From: Azolla caroliniana
Lineage: Eukaryota > Plantae > Polypodiophyta
Length of the DNA: 64,000 nucleotides
Direction: 5' to 3'
Assembly (NCBI GenBank): GCA_043228905.1
Contig: JBHGNT010000011.1
Location: 10,602,001 to 10,666,000, forward strand
Part shown: positions 47,906 through 62,104 of the stretch, piece after piece
Numbering within the stretch: position 1 is the first letter of the stretch
Layout: every line of letters begins with the position of its first letter
The notes under the pieces: generated by a model
The model's input: the letters and a program-made list of their open reading frames with translations, nothing else
Told to the model about the DNA's origin: nothing
Database searches by the model: none
Made by a program: the position numbers and the translations under genes

Positions 47906-50499
47906 AGTCGATTGGCAAGGATATAGTCCCAACGAGCGTACTTGGGAACCGATAGAGAATGTGACCAATGCTTGTGCTCTTCTTGAAGACTTCCATCGTC
48001 AATATCGTCAATATCCAGACAAACCGGGTCTTCAATCCAGAACGACTCGTGACACTCATCGTTTTAAAGATGGGATAGTGTCATGATATGGCAAGACTCA
48101 AACCCATGACCTTATGCTACATGGGTCGAGCTCTTGACCATTAGACCATACATTGTAATACGTAGAATATTATTTTCATTTATGTTTTATTATAGAAAAT
48201 TGATGTATATTCCAGATTTCTCTGGAACATTCTAGAAACTTCAGGAGTACTCCTGAGAACACTATAAAAGGAGGCACAAGGCATTATTTCGAACCAAATC
48301 GGTTCAACGCCAGTCTTAAGCCTCCTAGCTACTATTGTATACTCTCTTCACATAATATATATCATCATTCTCTCTCACCCTTTCCCTCTCACTATCTCTC
48401 TCTCTCTCGCTCACTTTTTCCTTCTCTTGAGAGTTCTACATCTCTCTTAGTACTAATCCTCATCTTTTAGTACTAATTCCTTCTCTGTCTTAGTACTGAT
48501 CTTGATAGAGGAGGACTTCCTTTGTCTTCGTGGATATCTTCTTCCTTCAACAACAGATTCAGATTCGGTTTCTTCTACCAGCTCATCTTCCGACTCAAAT
48601 TCGTGTCGTTTGTTGTTGAGTGTCGGTCGACTCAGATTCGGCTTCATCATCCGGATGTTGTCTAAAGACTGGTTGTGTGGAAGTGGGATCGACTAGTGTC
48701 GACTCCATAACAATAGTCGATTGGGAAGATGACTCTAGTCTTTGTTGCTTCCAGTCTTCGATTGTCTTGTCTTCCATGAATATAATATCTCGACTTCTTA
48801 TCACTTTCTTATCAAGGAGATCCCACATTTTGTACCCGAGCTCATCTTCCGAGCACCCCAAGAATATACAAGGCTTGGACTTGTTGTCCAACTTTGATCT
48901 CTGATCTTTAGCAACATGTACATAGGCCAATCATCCAAACACCCTTAAATGTTGATAAGACACATTCCTTCTTGTCCACACCCTCTGTGGGACATCCCCC
49001 TTCAAAGGTACTGAGGGAGACCTATTTATAAGGTAGGAAACCATCAACATTGCCTCAACCCAATACGACTTTAGCAATTTTGCATGCGCCAACATGCTTC
49101 TTACCCTTTCCATTATGGTCTAGTTCATTCTCTCTGCAAGACCATTCAGCTTAGGTGTCTTCAGCATCGTATACACAAGTTTGATGCCTTGAGTCTTGCA
49201 ATACATCTCAAATTGGCGTCTATACTCGTCGCCATTATCTGTTCGAACAACTTTCAACTTTTGTCTAGATTCTCTTTCTGCCCTTGCATGAAACTCTTTG
49301 AAGACCGACAACACTTTGTCTTTGGACACCAATACAAAAGCCCACACCTTTCTGCTGAAGTCATCAATAAATGTGACAACGTATTGTCCACTACGGTGTG
49401 ATGGGGCATCCACATAACACACATCTATGTGAACCAGCTCTAAGGCATGCTCTCTTCTCATCGGAGGCCTAGAGTGAAAGGTTGTTCTATTATGCTTTCC
49501 GACCAAGCAGTCCACACACTTTTCAAGGTGTATTCCTTTCACCTTTGGTAGGAAATCCTTTTCAGCAAGGATAGGCATTCCCCTTTCGCTCATGTGCACG
49601 AGCCTTTTATGCCACACCTTACCATCTGAGTCACCAACTACATTTGCTTCATGTCGGCACAATTTTGCATGCATTACATACAGTGTGTTCTATTTTTTAG
49701 CTCGAGCCACAATCAGGCTCCCTTTACAGAACTTCCATGTACCATTACGAAAACCACCACTGTAGCCTTCGTCATCTAGCCGTCCAACTGATATCATATT
49801 CAATCTGACATTCGGAACATGGCGAACATCCTTCAACATCAACCTCATCAAAAATGTTAGCAAACACACATTTTTATCATCAGAATTTTTTCTGGGTTCA
49901 TCCTCATCAACCATGCCTCTGTCCTGCCTAAGGTGTCAACAATTCTTTTGGAAGTGACCACGCTTCCCACAATAGAAGCATCTAGGTCTTCCTCTAGATT
50001 TTGACCTTGCATAAGGCCTATCTCCATTTTCTAGACTTCTATGTTCTCTTCTTCCTCTACTAAGTTCTTGGGTCACATTAGCTTCCAATTGAGACAAGGC
50101 ACTTTTATCCTTTCTTCTTGTCTCTTCATTTAAAATACTTGTTTTTACTACTTGGAAAGATAGGTTATCTTCTTTACATGATGTACTGAGTGTCACTATT
50201 AGGTTTTCCCAACTATCCGGTAGAGTACATAGTAGTAGTGTGGCCTGCATAGGATCATCTAATGGGAACTTCACTGATGCTAACTGATTCACCAGTCCCA
50301 TGAAAATACTGATGTCCTCTACAATGCTCTCCCCATCTACGTACTTTAGTCTCACTATCTTCCTCATTAACGAAGTTTTATTTAGGGCATTTTTCCTTTC
50401 ATAGAGGGCAGAGAGTTTATGCCATAACTCGAAGGCATTGGTATCACTTGCTATGTGTTGTAGGACGCTAATGTCTACACACTATCTTATATTTGTCAT

Positions 50500-53400
50500 T
50501 GTAAAAAGTAGCGTGTGGAAGCAAGTATGAAGAGCGAACAGAAGGAAGAAAACTCAAGTTTAATGGAGAGCTTGAGCTTACGCAGTATACACGGGAGAGA
50601 CAGAGCGAGTGAGAGAGAGAAAACACAAGAACTATATTCAACAAAAGTACTCAATCTCTATTCACCACTGTATACATATGTGTGTTCAATGAACACTTTT
50701 ATACAAGTCCTAGAAGGACTGACAGTACTTCAATGCTCATTAAGAGCTCCTACACTAACTCCCAAATATATTCCTCACGGAATATCTTTCCTAACGGCCT
50801 CCCGGTTTACGCAACGATCCGGCCCTACCTACGCACCGATCTGCGTACCGGTTTACGCATTCGGCCTAACCGATCGGACTCTCTTCACGGGTCTCGATTT
50901 CGGGCTCATCCGGAGGCATCTCGGCCTCGCGGACCTCATCGTCAGAGCTCGGATTGGAGTCGGGGTTCGGAGTCGGGGGCCGGTACCAGGACACGGAATC
51001 GTCAAACACAACGTCGCGGCTAACACGCGCTTGTTTGGTGCGAGGGTTATAGCACTTATAACCCTTCTGCTCGTCCGAGTAACTGACCAAGATGCATTTC
51101 TCGGCCTTTGCGTCCAGCTTCCTCCTTTTCTCCTTCGGTACATGCACATATGCAATGCTACCGAACACCCTCAAGTGTCGCAAGTTCGGCTTCGCCCCGA
51201 AATATAGCTCGTGCGCCGACACTTTGTCTCCGATCCGGTTCTGGATGTATACCGCGGTCCTTACCGCCTCGGCCCACTAGAACTTGGGCAAGCTCTTCTC
51301 CTCCAGCATTGCCCGTGCCGCTTCCACAACTGACCGATTCTTCCTCTTGGCCACGCCGTTCTGCTCCGGCGTGTATCTACAACTGAATTCGCGCCGAATT
51401 CCCATTTGTTGTAGATAACCATTGAATTGACTGGAAAAGTACTCTTTCCCGCCATCCGACCGCAGGCACTTGATCTTTCGTCCCGTTTCTGTTTCCACGA
51501 ACCCTTTGAGGTCCCGGAAATAGTTGAAGACTTCGCTCTTCCTCTCAATGAGGTAGATCCACGTGTGCCGTGTGTGGTCGTCGATGAAGGAGACGAAATA
51601 TCGGCTCCCGCCAAGACTAACGTTTTGTGTCGGCCCCCATACATCGGAGTGTATAAGGTCGAGCTTGTTCCGGCTCCGGTTTCGCTCGTTGGGGAAAGGA
51701 AGTCAGTGTTGCTTCCCGAGCTGGTAGGCTTCACAAATTTGTGCCTTTCAGCCACTAAATTTGGGCAATCCGAACACTACCTGTTTCGATTGCAGATCTT
51801 GAAGCCGTTGGTAGTTGATGTGGCCTATACGCTTGTGCCACAAGTCGATGTCCAACTCGGATTTTTGTCCCTTCGCGTACATTGCGGTGCCGCCATCAGT
51901 GGAGTCGAGGATGAACATCCTCCCGTCTCTGCGCCCTTGCGCAATCACACGGCCTTCTTCCTCAATGAAGCACCTGCTATGTGTAAACCGAACCTCCATC
52001 CCTTGGTCGACGATTTGTCCGACCGAGACCAAGTTCTTCGTGATTGTCGGAACGTGCAGCACGTTCATGAGTTTCCCTTTCTGCCCGACATGGCTAAGGG
52101 GAACTTCTCTGACATTCGCGATCGGATGCGGAGTGTCGTCTCCAGTTGCGACTACTCCAGGTTGTATCGGTTTTTCTAGGTACGAGAACCACTCCTTATG
52201 GCTCGTCATGTGGTTTGACGCGCCGGAGTCTACGTACCACACCTCGTCCGATCTCGGGGTGGTCTTTTTCATTGAGTTTGCTTCGTGTCTCGTCACGAAG
52301 GCAGACCCTTCTCCATCTCTCCTAGAGTCTTCGGCGTAGTGCGATCGCTGCCAATTTCCCTTGTCGGTATGTCCGGAACCGGTTCTCTCCAAATCGGCGT
52401 GCTTCTTCTAGCACTCCGCGATGGCCTTCCCTTGCCGGTTCTCATCGCTTCGACTCCCCCTGTTTCCGGAGGGTCCGGAGTTGCTGTCGGCATCACTTCG
52501 GTGCCTTCTTCCTTGATCTCGTCGGCCGCCTCCATTGCGTTCCGACTCGCCTCGTCCTCCACATCCACGGGACCTATCTCCCTCCGTGTACAGCATTCTG
52601 TTGTCGGTGTGCGTGCTTGTAGACGCACCCGCGTGGTTCTCCTCTACCAGGAGCATTGACTGTAAGTCGAAAAAGGACGGCGTATTCTCCCGGGTACACA
52701 CAACCGTTCGGAACGCTCCGAACTTCAACGCCAAACCTCCGAGACAAATCTGGACCATCTCGCTCTCCTCGATGTTCACCTCTATGGAGGCGAGGGAGTC
52801 GCAGATATCCTTGATCTTCGAGGTATAGTCCGCCACCGACAAGTCGCGTTGTCGTAGGTTGCTCAACTCCTGTCGGAGCTGAAGCTTCCTGGCAGTGGTG
52901 CTCGCGGCGAAAATCTTCTTCAAATTTTCCCACGCACCCTTCGGCGTCTTTGCATCCCGAACATAGCTCAATAGTTGTTCGCCCACACACGACGCGAAGC
53001 AGTATAATACCCTGCTCGCCGATTGCTCCCACGACGGGAAGTCTCTGTGTGTCGATTCGGGTGCCGCGTCATTAGCTCCTTCGACATAACTCCAGTACCC
53101 GTGCCCGAGCAGGTACTGGTGCATCTTGTAGGACCAAGACGCGTAGTTGGTTCTGTCGAGCTTCTCTGTTGGAAGCGAGCTCGCCATGCCTCTATCCATC
53201 GTTCTTCTTATTCTTCTTCGTCAAGCTGTGTCGGCTGCTGAGAGGTTCTCAACCCTCGCGCTCTGATACCATGTAAAAAGTAGCGTGTGGAAGCAAGTAT
53301 GAAGACCGAACAGAAGGAAGAAAACTCAGGTTTAATGGAGAGCTTGAGCTTACGCAGTATATGCGGGAGAGACAGAGCGAGTGAGAGAGAGAAAACACAA

Positions 53401-53728
53401 GAACTATATTCAACAGAAGTACTCAATCTCTATTCACCACTGCATATATATATGTGTGTTCAATGAACACTTTTATACAAGTCCTAGAAGGATTGACAGA
53501 AGTACTGACAGTACTTCAATGCTCATTAAGAGCTCCTACACTAACTCCCAAATATATTCCTCATGGAATATCTTTCCTAACGGCCTCCCGGTTTACGCAC
53601 CGATCCGGCCCTACCTACGCACCGGTCTGCGTACCGGTTTACGCATTCGGCCTAACCGATCGGTCCCAACCGATCAGGTCCTCGGCTTCTTCAGCCGATT
53701 CGGCCAATGTTGAGCTTGTCTCTCAATA
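50500..53728 (-). mobile_element. Internally deleted Ty1/copia F inserted in the gag of C1
   Basis: 5' LTR 53272-53728, truncated 3' LTR 50500-50877, perfect TSD GTCAT and PBS-iMet at 53260-53271. gag 52408-53199, PR and IN are present. RT/RH, the PPT and the U3 start are removed at a ccgatcgg junction. Confidence 0.93.
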
Positions 53729-54502
53729 GTCATTGCATTTCTATGTAGAGTTTTCCACTCAGATTCTTACCCCTACTTGTATATCCTTATTTTCTATAGG
53801 CTCATATAAATCTTTGACTATCAGAAGATCTTCCATTTTTATCTTCCAATCTGAGTAGTTTTGTGAGTTTAGGACAATCATCCCCGGAAAGCCACTCACA
53901 CCCCCTTCCATCTAGAACCTACGCTCTGATACCAATTTGTTATGATTTCCAATTAGACGGAAGTTACAAATAAACTTAGACACGAACAAAAATAAAACAA
54001 GTAGCACACGATTTACGTTGAAAACCCTAATTTCAAGGAAAACCCACAGGAATAGAAATGTCCACTATGAGATAAGACGAAATACAATCACAGAATGATA
54101 GAACTCGATTTGGTATGGTTGTACTCTGAAACCACAATTTCAGCCGAGTGCACCAAACCCTAACTCGTAGGTATCTATCTCTTTCGAAGCCTTCACAGCT
54201 TCTTGATTTGTCTTTTCTTTTCTTTCTGTTACACTCTTCTTCCTTTGTTTCCTCTCACGCTCAACTTCCGAGCTATGGCACTCGCACAACCACTATTGTG
54301 TTAACTCTCTACCGTTCTCTTGTGTCGCTCTTCTCTTGCAGCACGTTCTCTTACACCCTCACACTCTCACTTAGTCACTTAAGTTTACTTTCACGCTTCA
54401 CTCATTGTTTGTACTCTCAGTGAGTTATCCCACATACAAACACAACTAATTTGACTCTCACTATATATACTAACTTATCTCATGTAAATATTTATGAATA
54501 CA

Positions 54503-54538
<36 letters not shown>

Positions 54539-56289
54539 TATATGTATATGTATATGTATATGTTTGTTCGAACTTCTATTCGGCCAACTCCCATTCGATC
54601 GAATCCCATTTCGGCTTTCTTACCGACTTCGACCAGCCGACTCCCCCATAAGGAGGGACAACCTTACATAATAATATGGGTTTGAATCTTGTAATGGATT
54701 GAGGAGACAACTCATTGGCAGGGGTCAACATTTGGACAGAGATGGATAGGCTTCGGTAGTGAAAGGTTTATTGTGAGATAGCAAATAAAGCGGGAGTAAA
54801 TGAGGCCTACAACAAGAAGAGGTGACAACAAAACTCAAGGATCTCCTCTTAAGACTCTTTTGATCTCTTTTTTTTCCATTACATCATCTCTCCTACTTTA
54901 TGTATCAGGGAATATTGCCATTTAGGAATTGTTGTATTAAGGTTGATGATAGTTGTTAAATTGAATTGTATTTTGACCTTAAGCCATTCGAAACTTTAAT
55001 GTTATGAAGTTGTTGATGGTTTTCTCCAAATTTTATGTATCATAATTCTCATGTATTCAAGAAAAAGGGAGGAACCATAAACTTTCATTTGATTTGTGAT
55101 CAAGCAAGGATCACAATGGGATATTTAGCTCTGTAAATATATACACAAACATAAACAGATAACACACACAAGGTTCATGCATATAAATACATAAACAAAT
55201 TAACATATACATACCCATAGGTTCATGATACACATACCCTACAAATATACATACATACATACATACCATACATACCCTATATATTTAGGCAACTACAAAT
55301 ACTTACCTACATATTTACATAAATACACTCATGCCTAGACAATTTGCACACAATTGGCCAATACATGTTTTTGGACATTAATATACGGTCATACACATCT
55401 ACATATACATAATACGTTTACACATGCACATACACTACATCATAGACATATTTTTTGCTCATAAACACACGCACACACAAATACATTGACAATGTATGTC
55501 GGGAAGATATGAAGGAACCTAAAACCCATTAGAATTGACAATTACAAGTTTTTGAAATCATCAACTTAACCATCAAACCCATCTTCCCTGGTTTAGGTCT
55601 CTAGCAATCCCTCTCGCATTTCACACATGGGCGTAAATTGATACATTGTAGTAATGCTATCTCTATCTTCTCAAGCCTTCTCTCAAATTGCCTAATCCAC
55701 ACGGCGAGAAAGTTATCCCTACTCATCTCTTCTTCTATGGTATAGTCATCCATTAAGTGATCGTTTGCACAATGGGCATGATTGGCTTTTGACCTTACGT
55801 AAGCTTGATGGACATCAACCCCATGTCATGATGTGGTGGGACCGAAGCAAGTCCTTTTTACAATAAAACGAAGATCTAGATACACATAGGACAAAACAAA
55901 AAAAATATACATCAATAAAAAGGGGCCCAAATGGTAATAACTAATTATTAAAAACAATAAGTTAACATGTCTAATCTTGATATAGGTGTGCAAGGGGTGA
56001 GGAAGAAGCAGTCGAACAATTGGTTTTAACTGCAATAGAAAAGTAGACAACAAAGAACGAGAAAAACAAAACGCACAAAGCTCACAAAATGTTTGGCGAG
56101 ACACACAAAAATCCTTTTCTTATATGTTGACCTATATGTATCCTAACATCAATGAGAACTATCGATTTGACCTTTCACACTATGTATCAATCTCCCACTA
56201 AAGGCCAAAAGAATCAGGGAAGATTGTACAAGACTTGAACGTCCTACCTGAGGAACACATGTAGAAGCATCTACATCAGTGGAGATTTT

Positions 56290-56640
56290 CTGTTTTACGT
56301 TAACAGAAGGTACAACATCCTAAAATACCACCTTCTCACTTCTACCTCTATGGATTGTTTATGCATCTTACTTTCACAAAAAACAAGATCCCTACTTTTG
56401 ACTACAATTCGAGTGTCAAGATTCCATAAGAGATATCCAAATTGTCCATCGATTGCATAACCAAGAAAAATACATTTTCTACATTTATAATCCAATTTCT
56501 TCCTTAATTTTTTTGAAACATGCACATATGCTTCACATCCAATAATTCTAAGATGATCACAATGAGGTATCTTGCCTGTCCACAACTCTTGTGCCACTTT
56601 CAAGCTTAGGGTTGTGTTCGGTGATAGATTAATTGCATGG
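56290..56640 (-). pseudogene. Copia integrase C-terminal fragment
   Basis: ELWTGKIPHCDHLRIIGCEAYVHVSKKLRKKLDYKCRKCIFLGY. Confidence 0.85.
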
Positions 56641-57724
56641 ATTGTTATTAATGTGAAATGTATCCAAAACCTTCTTCACTAACCAAGTTCTATCTTCAAC
56701 CAACTTATGATATATATAATTAGTGTGCGCCACAAATATCAAGTGACTAATCTTTCCACGATTCCTCGATCACCTACTCTCAAACTAGGGAATCTAGATA
56801 GGCAATACCAATAATGATTGCCAAATTTATAATCATATTTATGCATTATAAGAAACCTACTTCACACTATCAAAGAGGCCAACATTTGCTCATGTAACTC
56901 TCAAATAGCATCTTCTATAGTTACCAAGATATTACGTTTTCATGATGTGGGGTGCACATAAGAGGAAATAAGTTAAAGTACAAATATTAAAAAGGTTGAA
57001 TGATAAAGTTACAATGTGGTATGAAGATCAAGTAACGTGTTGCATTTAAAAACAATAAAAATGTCTAAGCTCAATTATTAAAAGTTTGTAATATGACTGA
57101 GAGGGGGAAAATAGAGTGTGTAATTGGGAAAGAAAATGCATGGCTTGTGCAAAAATAAAAAAGCACCTACTTTTTTTATTTGGGGAGAAAGCCTCTTTCA
57201 TCCTATAAAAGGGGCGAAGAGAACTCAAATTGGGGGAAGAAAGAGAGAGACGCGGAAGCTATGCCAGACTAAGTAGTATAGAAGCTAGGGTAGTGAATCA
57301 AGAGGGTGTCGCAAGACCAACATCGACAAGATGCGACGTAGTGTCGTTGATTGTTGGAACATTGCACTAAAACTCAAGGATTTCCCCCTTAAGCTCCACT
57401 TGTGAACTTATTTCTCTGATTATTCTTTTCTTCTTCAGCTTCTACTTCTTCTCCTCAACATACTTACAGTCTTAGGGTTAAATTTTCTTCTTTGTGAAAT
57501 TTAGGGTTCTTAATTTACGATTTATTCCTAGAAAATTACTACTGTTGTAATCATTTACCTCAAAACAAAATTTGTAATACCTATTTTATAAAAAAAATTG
57601 TAATACCTTTCTTAATCCAGCGATTTTGGGGGGTTATTATTATAAAATCTATTTGAAATCTCATTGTCTTTGGCCTAATTACGTATTTCAATCTTAATCG
57701 CGTGCATCATTTGTTGTTCGGGTT

Positions 57725-58830
57725 GTTGCTACCTTCGAGTCTCAGAAGCCTTCAACTCTGTAGATCCTTCCACTTTGAGGAGCCTTCGACTCCGAAGAAT
57801 CTTCACTTGTGCAGAGCCTTAAACTCTTACTTACCTTCGACTCTAAGGAATGTTCCATTCTTAGGAGTCTTCGACTATAACTTACCTTCGACTCTAGATT
57901 ACATTCGATTCCAACTTACCTTCGACTCTGGGTTACATTCAACTTTGACTTATCATCATCTCTGGGTTACATTCGACCTTGGGTTACATTTGACTCTGAC
58001 TTACCTTCAACTCTGGGTTACATTCAATTCTAACTTATCTTCAACCTTTGGGTTACCTTCCACTTTGCCCAACCTTCGACTCTAACTTACTTTGACTTTG
58101 GGTTATCGTCGACTTTAAGTTACCTTCGATTATACAGAGCATTTGACTCTGACTTATCTTTGAGTTTGCAAAGCCTTCAACTCTAACTTACCTTCGACTT
58201 TGGGTTACCTTCGAAGAGCCTTCTACTCAGGGAAGTCTTCGAGTCTGATGAGCCTTCGGGTCTAATGACCTTTTGACTCGAACAATCTTTCAACTCTGCC
58301 AAGCTTTCCACTCTAACAAGCCTTCAAGTCACAATGTCCCATCCTCTCTTGTTCAAGTGCCCGGTGGTCTCGTTCAAGTAACACATGTACGTGCATAACT
58401 TCACGACATTCTTTGGTGATTCTTGAGAGCCAAAGGCTCTACAGACGCGAAGGTAAGTCAGAGTGAAAGGCCCTGTAAAGGAGAAGGTAGGTCTTAGTTG
58501 AATGCAATTTAGAGTCGAAGGTAGATTAGAGCAAAGGTAAGTCAAGGAAGTCTTTATGTTTGACGATCTTTCTACTCTAGGGAGCCTTCGAGTCTAATGA
58601 CCCTTTGACTCCTAGGAGCATTTGACTCTAACAATCTTTTGACTTGATTCATCTTTTGACTCTAACGATATATCGACTCTCAATAGCCTTTGACTCTAAC
58701 GACCTTTCAACTCCTAGGATCTTTCGACTTTGACGAGCCTTTGAGTCACTTAACGTCCCATCCTCTCTAGTTCAAGTTCTCGATGGTCACACTCAAGTAG
58801 CACACATATGCACATAACTTCGAGACAACG
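57725..58830. repeat. Degenerate array of short (tta)ccttcgactct-based repeats, with an inverted block and a duplicated ~67-bp unit
   Basis: Dozens of ccttcgactct variants. Reverse-complement copies lie at ~58445-58545, and gtcccatcctctct..ttcaagt..cataacttc occurs at ~58336 and ~58756. Confidence 0.8.
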
Positions 58831-59049
58831 TGCAAAACTATAATTGATCATGTGATAGGTTTTGCATAGTTTTCAATAATCTTATACTAAGTATGTGTGA
58901 CATTCTTATCATTATGATCCAACACATGTTGCATATTGCCCACCTTGTATCTCTAGTGTGAGCACACAGTTAACCTAACTATATATGTGGGTAACTAACC
59001 TTGTAAAGAAGTATCGGTGACTAATGTAATAGAGTCTCTTCAAGCTTAA

Positions 59050-59099
<50 letters not shown>

Positions 59100-59101
59100 A
59101 A

Positions 59102-59264
59102 CTGTCTGTTGTTTCATCTTCGTGAATCTTGTTACAGTGCATAACTCTATTTTGCCTGTCTGTTGTTTCATCTTCGTGAATCTTGTTACAGTGCATAACT
59201 CTATTTTGCCTGTCTGTTGTTTCATCTTCGTGAATCTTGTTACAGTGCATAACTCTATTTTGCT
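59102..59264. repeat. Three tandem 54-bp units after a (CT)n tract, within an LTR-like segment
   Basis: ctgtctgttgtttcatcttcgtgaatcttgttacagtgcataactctattttgc x3. Confidence 0.92.
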
Positions 59265-59279
59265 TACTACTTGTATGTT

Positions 59280-60762
59280 TAGCTTTCTCCACTTTTTTCT
59301 TCAGACATTGGTTTCCGAACAGCTTGATGTTTGTCAGCAATGTCGAGCCGAGTGGCTTCGCATCCTGCATGTTAAATCTCTAGAGCACCTTTATCATATA
59401 TTTCTCTTCTAACAACCACAACAACTTCTTTGTCTTGTCTCGGACGATGTGCATTCCCAAGATCTGCTTTGCCGGACCCATATCCTTCATTGCAAATGAC
59501 TTGCTCGAGGCCTTCTTTAAGCTTCCGATTTTCTTGAGGTCTTGTCCAACAATCAATATGTCATTAACGTATAGCATGAGGATAAAGAAGTCGCCTTCGT
59601 CATATCTCTTCATGAAGACACAATGATCAACTTGTGTCTTGTGGAACTCATGGTCCAACATGAAGGATTCGAACTTCCGGTACCATTGCCAAAGTGCTTG
59701 CTTCAATCCATACAAGCTTTTCTTTAGTTGGCATACCAGGTTTTCCTTTCCTTTCTCCACGAATCCTTTCGATTGGGCATGTAGATATCTTCCTCCAAAT
59801 CTCCATGCAGGAAAGCAGTCTTGACATCCAACTGCTCGATTTCTAAGTCCATGCTAGCCACAATGCTCAACATTGTTCTGATGGATGTCATCTTGACTAT
59901 TGGGGCAAAAATTTTGTCGAAATCCACACCCTTCTTCTGTTGAAAGCCCTTCACCATAGGACATTGGCTTTTGTCTCTTCATTGAAGTTGTTGTACAGAC
60001 TCATGTCTATAAAACACCTGATGTATGCCTTTGTCTTTAGATGCATGACTTCCTAAGTCGATGTATCAATCTTGTCTGGTTTTTCATCGTCATACTACAC
60101 CGACAACCATAGGTCTTTGCATACGAGCATGTCTTTCATCTTTGACTTCCAGATTGAATAGTTGGAGCCGATTAGCTTGAACATCCCTCCGAAGGATTCA
60201 TTATGGATGATAAAAATTCTAATTCTAATTCTAATCCATATCTCTACAACTTGGAGGTTATAAACCTCTACTTTGGTACCAGTTTGATATAATATGGAAC
60301 TAGACACAACCAATTCTCATGCAAGAATAAGAAAGATAACAATTGAACACCCTCAAAAGACTCCAAGGAAGTACACAGAGACACGAGATATTTAACGTGG
60401 AAACCCTGAATGGGGAAAACCACGAGAGCTCACCAACTCCGAATAGAATCACTATATGGATGAGAATACATGAGACTCTAAGGCAACAACCTTGAGCTCA
60501 CCTTCGTCTTCTAGACGGTTACAAAACTCTCACACTAACTGTACATACAATGATTACAACCTCACATAATGATTTGCCCTAGGTGTATTTATACTCATAC
60601 ACCTTATGGGTTATTTACAAAATGTGGCCTCTAATCAGTTACAGCCTAATCGGCATTCGGCTTTTAGCCGACCAACATCCAATTCGACTGTTATCCGATT
60701 CGGATTGGCATTCGAATCGACCCTCAAACTCATCCCATCCGAAGGGACTAGTTATCCCAATA
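59280..60762 (-). mobile_element. Truncated Ty1/copia G related to C1 (5' LTR, gag start fused to RT)
   Basis: LTR-like segment 60285-~60762 with the same cgtggaaaccc..ggaaaaccacg motif as the C1 LTR, and a degenerate PBS at ~60270-60281. gag MFKLIGSNYSIWKSKM is joined at ~59960 to RT VKGFQQKKGVDF...KKSLYGLKQ. Confidence 0.8.
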
Positions 60763-61439
60763 GATCCTTTGTTATAAAGAAACTTGTAGCCTTGAGATAC
60801 AACCTACTACTACCTAAAATGGTAGCTCTTTTGCGTTCATCTAGGATTGTAAAAACAATAACTTAGACAAGATGTTCCTTTTGACCTTTTCAAACCAACC
60901 CCATGTGTGGCATATAAGATAACATCTTGCATAACAAAGGGATCTTCAAATAATTTTGTAATATTCTCTATAAGAGAAAGCACATTCTCTGGTTCAACCT
61001 CTTACATGCCTCTAATAACAACATTATTCTTTCTTCTTTTAATTTGATATTGGTCTTTTGCATCTTGTACATTTGTTCTGTTAGAATTCATGGCAAGATT
61101 TGTATGCACCATGGTTTTTGGTGCTTCTCTTAAGAGAGCATCTTTCCACTTTGTCATGATTATATCTTCCTTTGCTACAACATTAATTATGTTTCCTTAT
61201 AAGCATGTAATTTCACTTTGCAAATTCATAATTATTTCTTGCATCGGTATATACATGGTGCCATTTTCTTGATCGATAGATTATGCACATCCTTTATTTG
61301 GGCTTTTGTTTACATCATCAATAGCTCTTCCGTCCCTTGGCATATTTACTCCTAGTGTACAAACAAGTAAAACAGAATGTACCTTGTTGTTGTCAAACTA
61401 GGGTCACGAAAATCAACCTTTAGTTGTAGAAAAATGTGG

Positions 61440-62104
61440 AGTTGCGAGGACAACATAGAGAATCAATCATAACTTCTCATGACGGTAATAGAACACATTG
61501 TCTGAACATGCATTAGAAAACTCTTTGAAAGATCTTTGGCGAGCTAAAGAACACGAAAAATGGTGTATTAATAGAAGGTAGAGTCGCAAATAATTTTTAT
61601 TAAATTGAGAAAACCTTCTCCGCACGGTTGGATCCCCATTCAAATGTAGCATCCTTATCGAGTTGTTGGGGATAAAGAAAATGGAGGTGAAGGGATGAAG
61701 CACGCACATCGATACATGCTAGAGCCCATACCATTATTTGCCATTCAAACCATTGCTTCCATGCAACTTAGCTCACATGCATTGCGATGTGAGACAAGGC
61801 GTTGGGGCAAAAGTGATGAGAGTGGCCGGCTATACACACTTTGCCCCAAACAAGTTCGCAAGCCTGAGTATCACACTTTGATACAATGCTCTGCCTTTGA
61901 TCATATTCGACCATGCTTTCCACATCTTTGACCAAACCCAACCCTTGCATGAATTCCTCTCACAACCACAATGTGCACTCTCGATTGCAACATTCATTGG
62001 TAAAGTTCTTGAACATCGAGAGTGACTACTCACTTTCACATGTATCATGTGAAATGTAATATTTTTGGTCTCATAGGTCATATTTGACCTCCGAAGACGA
62101 TAAT

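Larger units (their letters stand above)
21298..48507 (+). mobile_element. Ty3/gypsy chromovirus A (Tcn1/Tf1-sushi type), inserted in C1 and itself interrupted by B, D, E and a duplication
   Basis: LTRs 21298-21716 and 48079-48507 with a perfect TSD GAGGA. gag at 21789-22939 carries a stop and a frameshift. PR 22940-23210 continues at 28907 (DGRPIA|SGNIIEE), RT contains YLDD, and integrase PYGLLE|PLPIPSKTWQ is split by D. The chromodomain EYEVAAIFDSKIFR|LVDWQGYSPNERTWEP is split by E. Confidence 0.95.
19125..54673 (-). mobile_element. Ty1/copia element C1, outermost host of the nest
   Basis: 3' LTR 19125-19679 and 5' LTR 53938-54673 (TGTTATGATTTCCA...CTTACATAA(C/T)A). TSD gtatg/atatg, tRNA-iMet PBS at 53923-53934, PPT at 19680-19690. 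RT/RNase H lies at 19680-21297, integrase/gag at 48513-50499 and the gag start at 53734-53910. The reading RYPRRQRKSS|SRYPASQY is rejoined across insertion A. Confidence 0.93.

Noticed and set aside
58975-59412. ORFs with 18-aa repeats
   Set aside because: They translate the 54-bp tandem repeat and (CT)n tract joined to a Copia RT fragment.
61467-61709. Possible plastid (matK-like) insertion
   Set aside because: No convincing plastid motif. The plus strand fits better as decayed LINE ORF2 leading into the zinc-finger remnant.
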